50,122 nucleotides of DNA from a virus (taxonomy: Duplodnaviria > Caudoviricetes), in the IMG/VR virus record IMGVR_UViG_3300031673_000076, positions 1 to 50,122 of that record, one strand, 5' to 3'. This document shows positions 1 through 10,010 of the stretch, piece after piece; positions within the stretch are counted from its first letter, which is position 1, and the number at the start of each line of letters is the position of its first letter. The notes beneath the pieces were generated by a model that did not search any database, was not told the DNA's origin, and saw nothing but the letters and a program-made list of their open reading frames with translations. The position numbers and the translations under genes were made by a program.

Positions 1-136
1 GTCAATATAGCATCTGATATGCCCGAAACATCCACAGGTGGAGGAGGTGCAGTATAGGTTATTGACAGATAAGGTTCATTGCCAGCGGTTTCGGAGGAAT
101 TAAATGCGCAATATTCATCATACGTTGGTACGGAAT
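1..136. repeat. Terminal overlap copy 1 (circular assembly)
   Basis: Identical to 49987-50122 except G127 vs A50113; an ORF reads in frame across the join. Confidence 0.95.
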
Positions 137-626
137 TGTCATAGTCCTCTTTTGATATTAATACTATCTTTAATGTACTGTTCTTGGCAGCAAGAACGGC
201 AGAAAGCCCAGCGGCATTGAATACTATTTCGTTCCATCCCGCCGAATAGTCTACGGAATTCCATGCATTATTTAGAATCGTGCCATTATATGCCCCGCTT
301 GCCTGATGCCCATCGAATAAATCAAAATCCTCTTTAACAAGTGGATCGCTGTAAGTTGATAAGTGAATATAAATATCAAAATCAGTAGTTGAAAAATCAG
401 CTGCACCGTTCAAAAATAAAGAAGCAGCGGTCAACGAAACCATGTCGGGAATTTGGAATGAAGCAAATGGTCTACGGATACCATAAATCGGGGTAACCAA
501 TTGTCCTATATATAATATAATAGTTATTGCTTGATTTCCTGCAATCGCATTTCTTGCAGTATCATAATTAGCGTTTGCACTGGTTATATAACCATCATTT
601 GAAGCTTTTACATCAGTGATAGGCAT
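1..626 (-). CDS. 5' part of a junction-spanning ~290-aa virion protein (DNRLRE/CBM96-like beta-sandwich followed by Ser/Leu repeats); continues at 49986-49740
   Basis: Manual translation from ATG 626: MPITDVKASNDGYI...FNSSETAGNEPYLSITYTAPPPPVDVSGISDAILT, open to base 1 and in frame with ORF 49740..50021; absent from the ORF track. Confidence 0.8.
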   Translation of the reverse strand, partial: MPITDVKASNDGYITSANANYDTARNAIAGNQAITIILYIGQLVTPIYGIRRPFASFQIPDMVSLTAASLFLNGAADFSTTDFDIYIHLSTYSDPLVKEDFDLFDGHQASGAYNGTILNNAWNSVDYSAGWNEIVFNAAGLSAVLAAKNSTLKIVLISKEDYDNSVPTYDEYCAFNSSETAGNEPYLSITYTAPPPPVDVSGISDAIL

Positions 627-628
627 AC

Positions 629-937
629 TTAAACCCCCATCAATCCCTCGGCAAAGACTAACTGCTCCACCGCATCTCCGTAACCCTCACGCCCATCGGC
701 AAACTGAATATAACTCCAGAATGTCCAGAGACCGGGCTGATCCAATGCGATTACAGCAGATGTCGTCAAATCATAGTAGATGATGCCTATTGTGGCATTT
801 GACACCAATGCCGTGAAATTTACCAGTGTTCCGTCTGGTTTTCTCGCCCTAATCTCTTTAGTAAGCGCCCCTGATATATCCTGATTGCATGTCAGTTTAA
901 TCTTGAGTGCCGTTTGCCCTTCAAATATATTGCTCAT
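629..937 (-). CDS. BppU N-terminal-like (Ig-like) baseplate/fibre attachment protein
   Basis: RKPDGT...G.IYY...LDQPGLW pattern; position in tail cluster. Confidence 0.55.
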   Translation of the reverse strand: MSNIFEGQTALKIKLTCNQDISGALTKEIRARKPDGTLVNFTALVSNATIGIIYYDLTTSAVIALDQPGLWTFWSYIQFADGREGYGDAVEQLVFAEGLMGV

Positions 938-1743
938 ATCGTTGACTCCTTATCCAGCAAAACAGTGATAAGTGAATATTTATTCAATAGTTTATTAATA
1001 TCTGATTGATGGTCTACCATTTTTGTGATTGCCGAAAGCAGGGATAAAACCTCGACATTGACTAATCCGCCTGTAATATTGAGAATTGCCATCAATACTG
1101 AATCCGATAATCCGGAAACATTGACACCCGCCGGTATCGTCAGTGATAATAGAGTATCAAGAACCGAATCGGATAACCCGGAAACGCCGAATCCTGCCTT
1201 GAGAAATAGAGCCGTCAACAATTCCGATTCAGATAGCGCCGAAACATCATATCCGGACTTCAAGGCAAGTAATGATAACAACTCAGAATTGGAAACCGTA
1301 GAGACAAAAAAACCTTGCCTTAGTGCCAGTGCCGAAACCAAAACTGCATTCAGTAATCCGGAAACATCGGCACTTGATTTCAATTCCAATAGTGAATCCA
1401 GAACCGAATCGGAAAGTCCTGATAATCCAGCGCCGGATTTCAGTTCTAATAAAGTATCAAAAACCGATTCCGATATGCTTGATAAGTCGGAACTTGACTT
1501 TAAAGCAAGTAATGAAGCCAATACCGAGCCAGATAAACTTGAAACGTTATACCCTGATTTCAGGGCAAGCAGTGCGTCTAATAAAACATTTGATATAGCG
1601 GATACATCAATGCCGCCGGCGGGGACTGTATACTCATGGATTAACCACGATTGTCCATAGCTCCATTGAGGGTTAGTCGTTGTTCCACTTGAACTAATGA
1701 GCTTGGACTGTCCCATGCTCCATGTCGGTTCATTCACTGCCAT
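934..1743 (-). CDS. Virion protein with ~9 tandem 20-aa Ser/Leu-rich repeats
   Basis: Repeat of the form VSGLSDSVLDSLLELKSGAG with 60-bp periodicity. Confidence 0.7.
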   Translation of the reverse strand: MAVNEPTWSMGQSKLISSSGTTTNPQWSYGQSWLIHEYTVPAGGIDVSAISNVLLDALLALKSGYNVSSLSGSVLASLLALKSSSDLSSISESVFDTLLELKSGAGLSGLSDSVLDSLLELKSSADVSGLLNAVLVSALALRQGFFVSTVSNSELLSLLALKSGYDVSALSESELLTALFLKAGFGVSGLSDSVLDTLLSLTIPAGVNVSGLSDSVLMAILNITGGLVNVEVLSLLSAITKMVDHQSDINKLLNKYSLITVLLDKESTI

Positions 1744-1915
1744 TATTTAGTCCAGTCTTCACGGTATCGATCAATTCCTGTCGCAATACTTCAAGTTCCT
1801 TTTTCTCCTTTGAATGGCTTGAAGTATAACCATCAGCATTAACTTCTGTATACATGATCTCATAGTCAATTTTCTTGTCAATATATACAAGCAATTTTTC
1901 TATGACTGTTTTCAT
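1730..1915 (-). CDS. Hypothetical protein
   Basis: ORF tightly packed within the operon. Confidence 0.5.
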   Translation of the reverse strand: MKTVIEKLLVYIDKKIDYEIMYTEVNADGYTSSHSKEKKELEVLRQELIDTVKTGLNNGSE

Positions 1916-3718
1916 TTAGCTTATCACCACCATCGGGTCAATGTAGATTTTATCTCCGCTGTCATACCAGCTCACCTTGCATCGTATTCTTACCTTGCTC
2001 GCTGTTGCTGCGTTCATCGTAATCTCAAGATACTCTCCCCAGTCATCCGCATCGGCACGGGCAGGCATGGGATTGTGGGCACTTACAGACCGCACAGGCA
2101 GATGACCATCCGCATGTCGTCCCATAACGTATTCACTGGTATCATCATATGTTTCAATAAACTCGCCCTCAAGCCAAATATCAGCGGCATCCTTTGCATC
2201 AGAAGCGTTTATCTCTGCTGTGTTCTGAACATAATACCGATAGGTTTTGCTTCCTGCCGTCTGTTCAAATTCATGCTCGAATACAGTCTCAGCCCAATCA
2301 TCTATCGCCGCATTGGCAGCACTTCCACCATTACAGTCAATTTCAATAACTGAGTTTGCGCCACCACTTCTCTGGTTCGGGTCAACACTACAATCATTAC
2401 TCAGGATTTTGCCATTATTGAACCATGTACAGTGAGCACCAAGTATTTTTCCATAGTTTTCAATTGAGACTTTATTGAGAATTGTTAATGATAGGTAAAC
2501 TGACCCATTTATGCCACCAAACTTAACATCTTTTCCTGTTAACATAAGACCAGTCAAGTATATATCATGATCTCCGTTATTGAGTGCTATACCTATATTT
2601 ACATTATTTAAAATACATAGAGTGCCCGCAGAATAAAGACCATTGTCTCCCATATTGTATATAGCACAATCGGACAGAGATAATATTTTACCATCCTCTT
2701 CAGAGAAGAAACCACGTTGGGAACTCCCGGCATTATTCCCACAAATAATACAATATTTCAAATTAAGATATGAAGCACCGAAACTTCCACGTATAAGGGG
2801 TACATTCTGATTATTCACAAAAAGACATCCAATAAGGGACAAATTTTGCACTCGGTTTATTCTAACAGTGCCATAAGAATCAACAGAGTTCCTTAAATCA
2901 AAGCACTTATAAACATTATTATTTGCATCACTAATAATTAATTGATAATCATTAGCTCCAAAATCAATCACTGGCAAATCATGAGCATCCGCATCCCATG
3001 TAGTTCTCAATAAACCAATATCGGGTCGGTCATCATAATCCTCATCTTCTTTTATCTCGAAGTTTGCTCCTGGAGCAGTTGTTCCCGCATATTCTCTATC
3101 GAGCAGGAAGCCGTCATATATTCCCCCGGCCGCCTGATTAACGTCAGCCGTGACTGCACCACAACTTATCTGTTCATCTGGTGTGAATAAAGCAGGTAGT
3201 CCAGTCGCAGGATCATATGTAACCAAGTACAATGTTGAACCATTGATGTAATGTATCTTACCTTTTATTCCACTTGTTCCGCCTGTTATCACATTGCCGA
3301 CTGCGAAAGTACCACCTTGTAAATTATCATAAGGAAGTTTCACAATGAGAGCTTCGATAAAGTACCAACCGTCATCGGCATCGTTGTTCTTGATGAGCCG
3401 TGCCATATGTCTGCCACGGACACCAGCAACGGATGTGCCAATAAGAGCAGATTCGCCATTCATAAATGTGATTGTGCCGGCTATAGACGCACGAGGCCAT
3501 GCTATATGTCTGATTGGACTCGATAGTGTACCATCGGCAGTAGGAGCAATGTCGCTCGTAGGATTGGCAAAACTCGATAACCGCCTGTGCCAGATTTTAT
3601 CGCCTGCGGAGTTGGCAGCTTCCATCGCTTTCTCAATGGAAAGCCAGGGATTGGTGTCCCAGTCTGCCCCTGTATCACCACCGCCAACGAATGTTGTATC
3701 GCAGAACTTATTTGCCAT
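1916..3718 (-). CDS. Tailspike-like parallel beta-helix (pectin-lyase-like) protein
   Basis: N-terminal G.D.G.DW..PW.SI.KA motif; Asn/Gly/Cys-rich beta-helix rungs. Confidence 0.6.
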   Translation of the reverse strand: MANKFCDTTFVGGGDTGADWDTNPWLSIEKAMEAANSAGDKIWHRRLSSFANPTSDIAPTADGTLSSPIRHIAWPRASIAGTITFMNGESALIGTSVAGVRGRHMARLIKNNDADDGWYFIEALIVKLPYDNLQGGTFAVGNVITGGTSGIKGKIHYINGSTLYLVTYDPATGLPALFTPDEQISCGAVTADVNQAAGGIYDGFLLDREYAGTTAPGANFEIKEDEDYDDRPDIGLLRTTWDADAHDLPVIDFGANDYQLIISDANNNVYKCFDLRNSVDSYGTVRINRVQNLSLIGCLFVNNQNVPLIRGSFGASYLNLKYCIICGNNAGSSQRGFFSEEDGKILSLSDCAIYNMGDNGLYSAGTLCILNNVNIGIALNNGDHDIYLTGLMLTGKDVKFGGINGSVYLSLTILNKVSIENYGKILGAHCTWFNNGKILSNDCSVDPNQRSGGANSVIEIDCNGGSAANAAIDDWAETVFEHEFEQTAGSKTYRYYVQNTAEINASDAKDAADIWLEGEFIETYDDTSEYVMGRHADGHLPVRSVSAHNPMPARADADDWGEYLEITMNAATASKVRIRCKVSWYDSGDKIYIDPMVVIS

Positions 3719-3965
3719 CGGTCACCGCCTTTATGGCATCAGCCACAATCTTGTCAACCTCCACTTGAGTATAAATCTTCTCAGGAGTGACGGGGTGCTC
3801 AATATCATACTGCACTTTCTGAGCCAGTTCCGCCATCTTTGCAGCGTCTGGTTTGCCCGATACTTCTCTCGTATGTACGAGGGTTTTTCCATCGTAAAAC
3901 TCAAGGAAAGTGTCCCACCCCCAGGGACGCTGAGTTTGCGAAAGGATTTTAACTGTTAATGCCAT
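3708..3965 (-). CDS. Small tail-associated protein/chaperone
   Basis: RBS and position in the tail cluster. Confidence 0.45.
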   Translation of the reverse strand: MALTVKILSQTQRPWGWDTFLEFYDGKTLVHTREVSGKPDAAKMAELAQKVQYDIEHPVTPEKIYTQVEVDKIVADAIKAVTDGK

Positions 3966-3977
3966 GGTTTACCTCAA

Positions 3978-4781
3978 TCAATCGAGCGTGATCGACAATG
4001 CACCGGCGGGGAAAGAAACAGTATCGCCATTCCCAACCACCCGTGCTGTTGTCAATGTTCCATAAAATAGAACCTGTCCGGTTGCCAAGGTATCGCACAA
4101 AGCGAAGTGCGTAATCGTTCCCCAAGCACCTGAAGCCTCAGCGAATGTAATTACACTGGTATTAAACGATACTCCAGCTACCGATATTTTCCAAGTATCA
4201 TATGGAATTCTCGCATAGCCGCCAGCCGCTGGCTCATGAATAGTTGAACCCGTGTCGGCATCCACTATCGTCACCGTTGCAAAAGCAACGTTCAGGTGTG
4301 TCGGTGCTGTATAGGATGTTCCTTTCAGGCAGTGGTCGAGCAATTTGTCAGCGAGATAATCACTCATTGCCCCGACCTGCCATGAGACGTCAAGATCGCC
4401 GACTGCAATTGATATGTTCATACCGGCAGTGACTGACTTGTTCGGTGTGACCTCACCGTAGCATAAAACATTCCCGGCGCCACTTGCTGAATCCACAATT
4501 GCAAAGTGAGTGATTGTTCCCCAGGCACCAGTAGCTATTGCGAAAGTAACAATCCCCGAATTCGAGGTTGCCCGTGCTGCTGCCGCCGCCCAATCCGCAT
4601 CAATCGCCACCCTTGCATATCCGTTTCCAGCCGGCTCCGTCAGGGTTGCCCCAGTGGCGGTTTCACCGGGATCCGCCGTGCAGAGTGCAACGTACAAGTT
4701 TGCCGGTCTTGACCATGCGCCAACTTTTAATACGTGGTCGATTAATTCATTTTCCAAATAATTCGTTAATTTCCCAGCCAT
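3978..4781 (-). CDS. Phage minor tail/fibre protein with two tandem copies of one domain
   Basis: Both halves carry YL.. ..L.VA..T...EP..GYAR...TF..A.GAWGTITHFA..D..G.VL.YG. Confidence 0.7.
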   Translation of the reverse strand: MAGKLTNYLENELIDHVLKVGAWSRPANLYVALCTADPGETATGATLTEPAGNGYARVAIDADWAAAAARATSNSGIVTFAIATGAWGTITHFAIVDSASGAGNVLCYGEVTPNKSVTAGMNISIAVGDLDVSWQVGAMSDYLADKLLDHCLKGTSYTAPTHLNVAFATVTIVDADTGSTIHEPAAGGYARIPYDTWKISVAGVSFNTSVITFAEASGAWGTITHFALCDTLATGQVLFYGTLTTARVVGNGDTVSFPAGALSITLD

Positions 4782-4790
4782 AATTTCCTC

Positions 4791-5213
4791 CTATGTAGCC
4801 CGTGCAGGTACGGGTTCTCGTAAAATTAATGTGAATTTACCAACATAAATATTTGAAGCCCACGGCGTTATCATTGAGAAATTACCGCCGTCCTTCACGT
4901 ACACTGAATAAGTCTTGCTGTCATAGGGAAGTTTTAGGGTATGGAGTCCCGAACTTTCCACAACCGCCTTGAAAGCGTTAAAATTAGTGAGTAAAGTAGT
5001 TGTGCTGGTTGCCCTGATATAGCATTCCAAAACTATATCACGGGGTTCGAAGTATATATCAGAGACGTCAGTATAATGTTCCTCACCATCCTCATCCAGC
5101 CAGTTATGCCCGGTCTCACCCTTTCTCTTGAGGAAGTCATGTACGCCAAAGACCTTCATAACCTTTATTCCGTACGTAGCGTATAAATCAACACCGTCAA
5201 ATAAGTATATCAT
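4791..5213 (-). CDS. Distal tail protein (Dit)-like
   Basis: Directly follows the tape measure gene; DGVDL...YG...W.DEDG...F.L.LREP.P. Confidence 0.6.
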   Translation of the reverse strand: MIYLFDGVDLYATYGIKVMKVFGVHDFLKRKGETGHNWLDEDGEEHYTDVSDIYFEPRDIVLECYIRATSTTTLLTNFNAFKAVVESSGLHTLKLPYDSKTYSVYVKDGGNFSMITPWASNIYVGKFTLILREPVPARAT

Positions 5214-5214
5214 A

Positions 5215-8013
5215 TCATGCGCCTCCTGTTACTCTCAAGAATCCCTGAGACCGTTCAATCGAAGCCAATTGTGCAGAGATAGTCCGCAAGAAAGCTGTAT
5301 TTTCTGCGATTCTCATTGAATATGATACAAGGGTGTTTATGCCGTAAGTATTATCCCGTATTTCTTGTGAAGCATTCAAGATACCGTTAAGGTTCCCATC
5401 TTTAATTCTGCCAAGTTCTTTATATATGTCGGGTAGATACCAAGAATTACCGCTTATCTCTTTTTGACGGTTAAAAATCCATTCAAGGTTAGTGGTATTC
5501 TGGTATATATCGTCGAGATAATAAGCCAGGTCACGGATTTCAAGGGTAGCATTAAATATCCCTTCGAGTTTGCCAGCATTTATATTCCCAAGTTCAGCCA
5601 ATGACAACTTTGAAATATTCAGCATCTCGACCGTATTCATGCGCATTGCATTGAACTGACCGGCAAGCAATCCTGCCGTCCCTTCGCTTACACCTTTGAT
5701 GGCACCTGAGATACCTGTTTCTTTTGTCTTAGATATCCCCGTTAAATCAAAACCCATACTCTCAGTAAATAATTTCAAATCTTTCCATTTTGCTTCCATC
5801 CCCAATTGAATAGTTTCCCACATTGTTTTTAAATCTTCAATCTCCCAACGCTCAAGACCACCCTCACCATAAATAGCAAACATCTCATAAAAAGCAGAAA
5901 GATACCTTGTCATAATATCACGTTTAAATGCTTCCATGAGAGCATTCTTCATCAAATCCTCAAAGGTATCTGCAAAGACCTGAACGAAATCGAGTCCCTG
6001 AGATAATCCTGCGGCTATCGAATCGGCTATACTTTCGGTCATGGTCGCTGTCAAAATACGGTCTATTTCTTCCTGAATTCTAATCAATTCAGTACTTAAT
6101 TCTTTTGTCTGGTCTCTCCGCTCAAGCATGAATATTGCGAGTCTGTCTTTGTGTGCCTTGGTTATCTGAGCTTCTATTTTAGCCTGTTCCTCAAGAAGTG
6201 ATTGAATCTTCCTGAGTTGTTCTATTCGCTCATTCCCGTAGGTTACATCTAACAATCCTTGTTGTTTTTCAAGTTCTGTAGTTATGGTTTTTAGTTTATT
6301 TCCAAGCTTGGAATACGGTTCTGAAGCCATTATACTGTCCATTATGGTAGAAATCATAGTGTATGCCGTTTCTATAATTGATAGAATCCCGCTTATCTTG
6401 CCCCAACCTGTAGTAGACGGTTCTTTTATCTGAGTCAAAGCCTTTGTTATCTCTGATACATCGCTCACTATCTTGCCGAGTTTAGTATCAAATAGACCAA
6501 TAAGAGAGCCGAGTGATCTGAAAGCATTTCCAAGTTCCCATATACTTTGTAAACGTTTACGATTTGATTTCTCAATAGCTTCTTCTATCTTTTTATTATG
6601 TTCTTCTTCAGCTTTTAAATTATCTTCGTGTTCCTGCTCTTTCAGTTCCTGAGATTTGATTTGCCACTCTTCCTGTTCCTTAAATAGTTCCTCTTCAAAT
6701 TCCTGATTATCGGCAAGTTCCTGTTCTCTATATTCTTGTGACTTTATTCTCCATTCTTCCTGACCTTTCAGTAGTTCATCTTCAAGTGACTTTTGATCTT
6801 CCAGTCGTTTTTGATTAGCATCGGCAATCGCATCCGCTGTTTTCGCCGCTTCCGTTGCCTGCAATTTGAGAGTCTCAATAGCATCTTTTAAAGCCTGTGC
6901 CCGTACTTTGGCTTCTGGTGTCTTCTCATACATTATTTCATCTACTCTTGCTGCCAAATCCTCAAGAGCTTTCAAACCCGCTAAGTACCTGTTCTCAAAT
7001 TCAACATTCGCTATCGCCATGTTTTCGGCGGTTTCTTTGGTGAATCCCGGCAAGATTCGCATTCCTGGAAACGCTGCCATAATACCTGTGAATGCCGTAA
7101 ATGAACCACCAATCTTATCAATGAGCATAGCCATTCGTATCAACTCAGCTTCAATCGCTATCACGACAAGCCTGAATCCAGTTCCCCAGTCATCAATCAC
7201 ATCTTTGTTATTCTCAAGAGAAGTTTTCAGATCGGTTACGCCCTTCATAATATCGTCAACTATATCGGCAAGAGCGGGTGTGAAAGCCTGTCCGAGTAGT
7301 ACTTTTACATCCTCAATCGGTCGTTTTAGAGACAGAAGTTTCTTCCCAACTGTTCCATAAGCCGCTTCATAAGTACCAGCGATATTTTTCCCCGCTTCCA
7401 AGACAGCGTTCATTCTGATTTGAGCCTGTTCAACGGCGCTCAATTCATCTGCATTTCTTCCAAGTGTCTTCGCCGCCTTATTGTAAGCATCCTCAAAATT
7501 GACCATAATACCGATATTTCTCAATATCAGAGTATGACCTGACTGAATTCCATGAATCATAGTCTCAAATGTTCGAGATGAATCCATATTGGCTATTACT
7601 GCGGCATCCTGAGCTACACGGGCAAGTTCAGTCGCTTTGGTAAGGTCGAGTTCTGATTGCAACATACGGATAAGATTGACTCTTGACTCAATCATGGTGA
7701 TGCCAGTCTTTTCAAGACCTTTTTGAAATTCGAGCATCTGTTCATTCGAGTAACCGGCAGTATTCCCAACAGTTTGCATCACCACACCAAGCGTCTCAAA
7801 CCGGGCAGCCAACTTTATAGACTCCTCCATTATTTTCTTGAAATGGTAAATAGCGCCTGCAGAAAGAACGGCAAAGATGTCCATCGCTGAAATATTTCGT
7901 ACAAACCCCGCAAGGATACCCTTTGCCTGAGTAGTACCAGCCTGTAGACCTTTATTATCTATCCCAGTTTTCCAATAGAGTGAATCACCAACGTTAAGCA
8001 TACTTATGTTCAC
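5215..8013 (-). CDS. Tape measure protein (true start possibly 8001)
   Basis: 932 aa, helical and Ala-rich, central coiled-coil repeats, C-terminal AGLLAGQFNAMR motif; synteny. Confidence 0.85.
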   Translation of the reverse strand: MNISMLNVGDSLYWKTGIDNKGLQAGTTQAKGILAGFVRNISAMDIFAVLSAGAIYHFKKIMEESIKLAARFETLGVVMQTVGNTAGYSNEQMLEFQKGLEKTGITMIESRVNLIRMLQSELDLTKATELARVAQDAAVIANMDSSRTFETMIHGIQSGHTLILRNIGIMVNFEDAYNKAAKTLGRNADELSAVEQAQIRMNAVLEAGKNIAGTYEAAYGTVGKKLLSLKRPIEDVKVLLGQAFTPALADIVDDIMKGVTDLKTSLENNKDVIDDWGTGFRLVVIAIEAELIRMAMLIDKIGGSFTAFTGIMAAFPGMRILPGFTKETAENMAIANVEFENRYLAGLKALEDLAARVDEIMYEKTPEAKVRAQALKDAIETLKLQATEAAKTADAIADANQKRLEDQKSLEDELLKGQEEWRIKSQEYREQELADNQEFEEELFKEQEEWQIKSQELKEQEHEDNLKAEEEHNKKIEEAIEKSNRKRLQSIWELGNAFRSLGSLIGLFDTKLGKIVSDVSEITKALTQIKEPSTTGWGKISGILSIIETAYTMISTIMDSIMASEPYSKLGNKLKTITTELEKQQGLLDVTYGNERIEQLRKIQSLLEEQAKIEAQITKAHKDRLAIFMLERRDQTKELSTELIRIQEEIDRILTATMTESIADSIAAGLSQGLDFVQVFADTFEDLMKNALMEAFKRDIMTRYLSAFYEMFAIYGEGGLERWEIEDLKTMWETIQLGMEAKWKDLKLFTESMGFDLTGISKTKETGISGAIKGVSEGTAGLLAGQFNAMRMNTVEMLNISKLSLAELGNINAGKLEGIFNATLEIRDLAYYLDDIYQNTTNLEWIFNRQKEISGNSWYLPDIYKELGRIKDGNLNGILNASQEIRDNTYGINTLVSYSMRIAENTAFLRTISAQLASIERSQGFLRVTGGA

Positions 8014-8806
8014 CTATTTTATGTTGTTGTAAATCACTAAAATATACTTTCCAGTAATTTCTTTTATAATTTGTTTTCATATGGCACTTTTTACATAGAC
8101 TAATTAAATTATCAGGCAAACTATTCATTTTATCATAATCTATATGATGTATGTTAAGTGTATCATTATTATCACCTTCGGATATGCCACATAATTGACA
8201 TTTATATTCATCTCTTAATCTTATTAATTCTTTCAATTGTCTATTAAAGTCAGTACTATATGGTGCAAAAGATATTCCACCCATCCAATTGACACTTTTT
8301 TCCCCCAGTTTCCCATATTGATAATTCTTTTCACCTTTTTTTGATTCTCCCATATTTTTTCTATGTTCATCTGAAAACTTTATGCCTTTTCGATTTTCAC
8401 TCATTTTTTGTTTATATTCTGGATTTTCCCATAATTTTTTATTTGCCTCGCTCATTTTTATTCTTGTATTTTCTGATATTTTTTTACCCTTATTTGCCTC
8501 GCTCATTTTCTTTAGCGATGCCCGTGTATGTGTTTTCCCATAAAAAGGATTATTTATACCTTGTTTTTTCCCTATTTTATTTATGCTTATTTTCCTTTTG
8601 GTATCCTCGGTATGATGTTTGCCAAGCATTGGTGGTATTCGTAGTTTAGCAACCTCTCTCATTATTTTTAATGTCTCTTCTGAATAAATACCAGTTTTAC
8701 CTTTATTCCAGGGTATATTCCCTTTATGTGCCTCACTATTTTTTCTTTTTGATTCTTCTGTCGGTTTATATCCTTTGTGCGGCATTATCATTTCCTTAAT
8801 TATCAC
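7994..8806 (-). CDS. NUMOD3-repeat HNH homing endonuclease
   Basis: Repeated GK.HT.E.K.K.SE motifs; RD.YKCQLCG...IHHIDY...NLISLCKKCH; AT-rich. Confidence 0.9.
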   Translation of the reverse strand: MIIKEMIMPHKGYKPTEESKRKNSEAHKGNIPWNKGKTGIYSEETLKIMREVAKLRIPPMLGKHHTEDTKRKISINKIGKKQGINNPFYGKTHTRASLKKMSEANKGKKISENTRIKMSEANKKLWENPEYKQKMSENRKGIKFSDEHRKNMGESKKGEKNYQYGKLGEKSVNWMGGISFAPYSTDFNRQLKELIRLRDEYKCQLCGISEGDNNDTLNIHHIDYDKMNSLPDNLISLCKKCHMKTNYKRNYWKVYFSDLQQHKIGEHKYA

Positions 8807-10010
8807 GTTTACGCTTGATTGCGTATTTCTTTAAATTTGATTGACAATGCACGTCATTCCACACGTCCCAGCGGAGAGGGAGCCGGTTTTCATTGAGCCT
8901 AATCCCATTATTGAGATGCTCGCCCGCTTTCTCATAGTTCCCATCTTCAAATTCAAGCAAACTCAAAAAATTCAGAATTTCAGGGATCACTATTCCAGCA
9001 TTTGTTGTGCATAACTTGTCATAGGGCGACCCGGGTTGTCCGTATAAGTATAAGGCTTCCTCAAAAAGCTCCTTTGCCTTTTCCTTCTTTTTTATCTTTA
9101 GATAATACTGACCCATCAAAAGGTATATACTTATGACCTTATTAGAATATTTCAGCGATTCTTTTCGCACTCGTTCAGCACTTTTTAAATCATTCATTTC
9201 AAGATAGGCGCTGATGCAGTTTACAAAGACTTCCAAATATGAGAACCAACCCTCGTTAAAATCAACTTTCCTTATCAGTTCAATCCACTTTTCACTGAGT
9301 TCCACCGTCTTGGGGAAATCATTCACGGCATAATATGTTTTTACCAAATGTGTGAGTATATGCAAATCTTCTGGGTTCTTAGCATACTCCGCCTCCAGCA
9401 TCGGCAGACTCCGCTCTTTCTTTTTCTCAAATAGTTCTACCTTTTGAAAAACATATCCGTAGTGATTGAATATGACATTGTCAAGAAATAGATATGGCGG
9501 GTCAACACGTGGCTTATTATGAATGCAGAACTGATATAATGGTTTGCCGTTATTCATAAATATTCGGGGCTGAAAGACTTCGGCATACTGGTTCTTGTCA
9601 ACTGTGTAGAAATTCCGAAGTTTAATGAAAATGGTAGGTTCGGTAGTCTGTGGATTCAGTACGGCATCTTCAAGAAAATAAAGGGAATTCTGAGTCAGTT
9701 CCTCGTCAGCATCCACTATCATGAGTCGTTCACCGGTGGCATATTGTATTCCGTAATTCCGGGCAGCCGAGAAGTCCCAGGGGATGAATTTTTTCTGATA
9801 TATTTTGTCAGTGAATTTCTTGGCAATTTTCAGTGTTTTATCAGTGGAGCCAGTATCAACTATGATTAATTCAGCAAGTGGCACCAGTGTATCATCGTCT
9901 TTCATTTGAATGATTGGCAAGAATGAGTCGAGGCATCGTTGTAGGTTGCTCTCCTCGTTTTTGACGATTAAACAGATTGAAAGTTTTGGTTTTCCCTTTA
10001 TTCTATTCAT
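8796..10010 (-). CDS. Glycosyltransferase family 2 with C-terminal TPR-like repeats
   Basis: LSICLIVKNE, IVDTGSTD.T, DFSAARN, DADE (DxD) and HYGY motifs; helical C-terminus. Confidence 0.92.
   Translation of the reverse strand: MNRIKGKPKLSICLIVKNEESNLQRCLDSFLPIIQMKDDDTLVPLAELIIVDTGSTDKTLKIAKKFTDKIYQKKFIPWDFSAARNYGIQYATGERLMIVDADEELTQNSLYFLEDAVLNPQTTEPTIFIKLRNFYTVDKNQYAEVFQPRIFMNNGKPLYQFCIHNKPRVDPPYLFLDNVIFNHYGYVFQKVELFEKKKERSLPMLEAEYAKNPEDLHILTHLVKTYYAVNDFPKTVELSEKWIELIRKVDFNEGWFSYLEVFVNCISAYLEMNDLKSAERVRKESLKYSNKVISIYLLMGQYYLKIKKKEKAKELFEEALYLYGQPGSPYDKLCTTNAGIVIPEILNFLSLLEFEDGNYEKAGEHLNNGIRLNENRLPLRWDVWNDVHCQSNLKKYAIKRKRDN

Noticed and set aside
1-136. Biological direct terminal repeats
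   Set aside because: The repeat falls mid-gene and the reading frame is continuous across the join, which fits an assembler overlap of a circular or permuted genome
1025-1660. Plus-strand 211-aa ORF and similar antisense ORFs (e.g. 3345-3959, 6866-7360, 38638-39255)
   Set aside because: They shadow well-supported minus-strand genes and show no recognisable motifs
1-4781. Diversity-generating retroelement acting on tail genes
   Set aside because: No reverse transcriptase ORF and no template/variable repeat pair differing at adenines was seen
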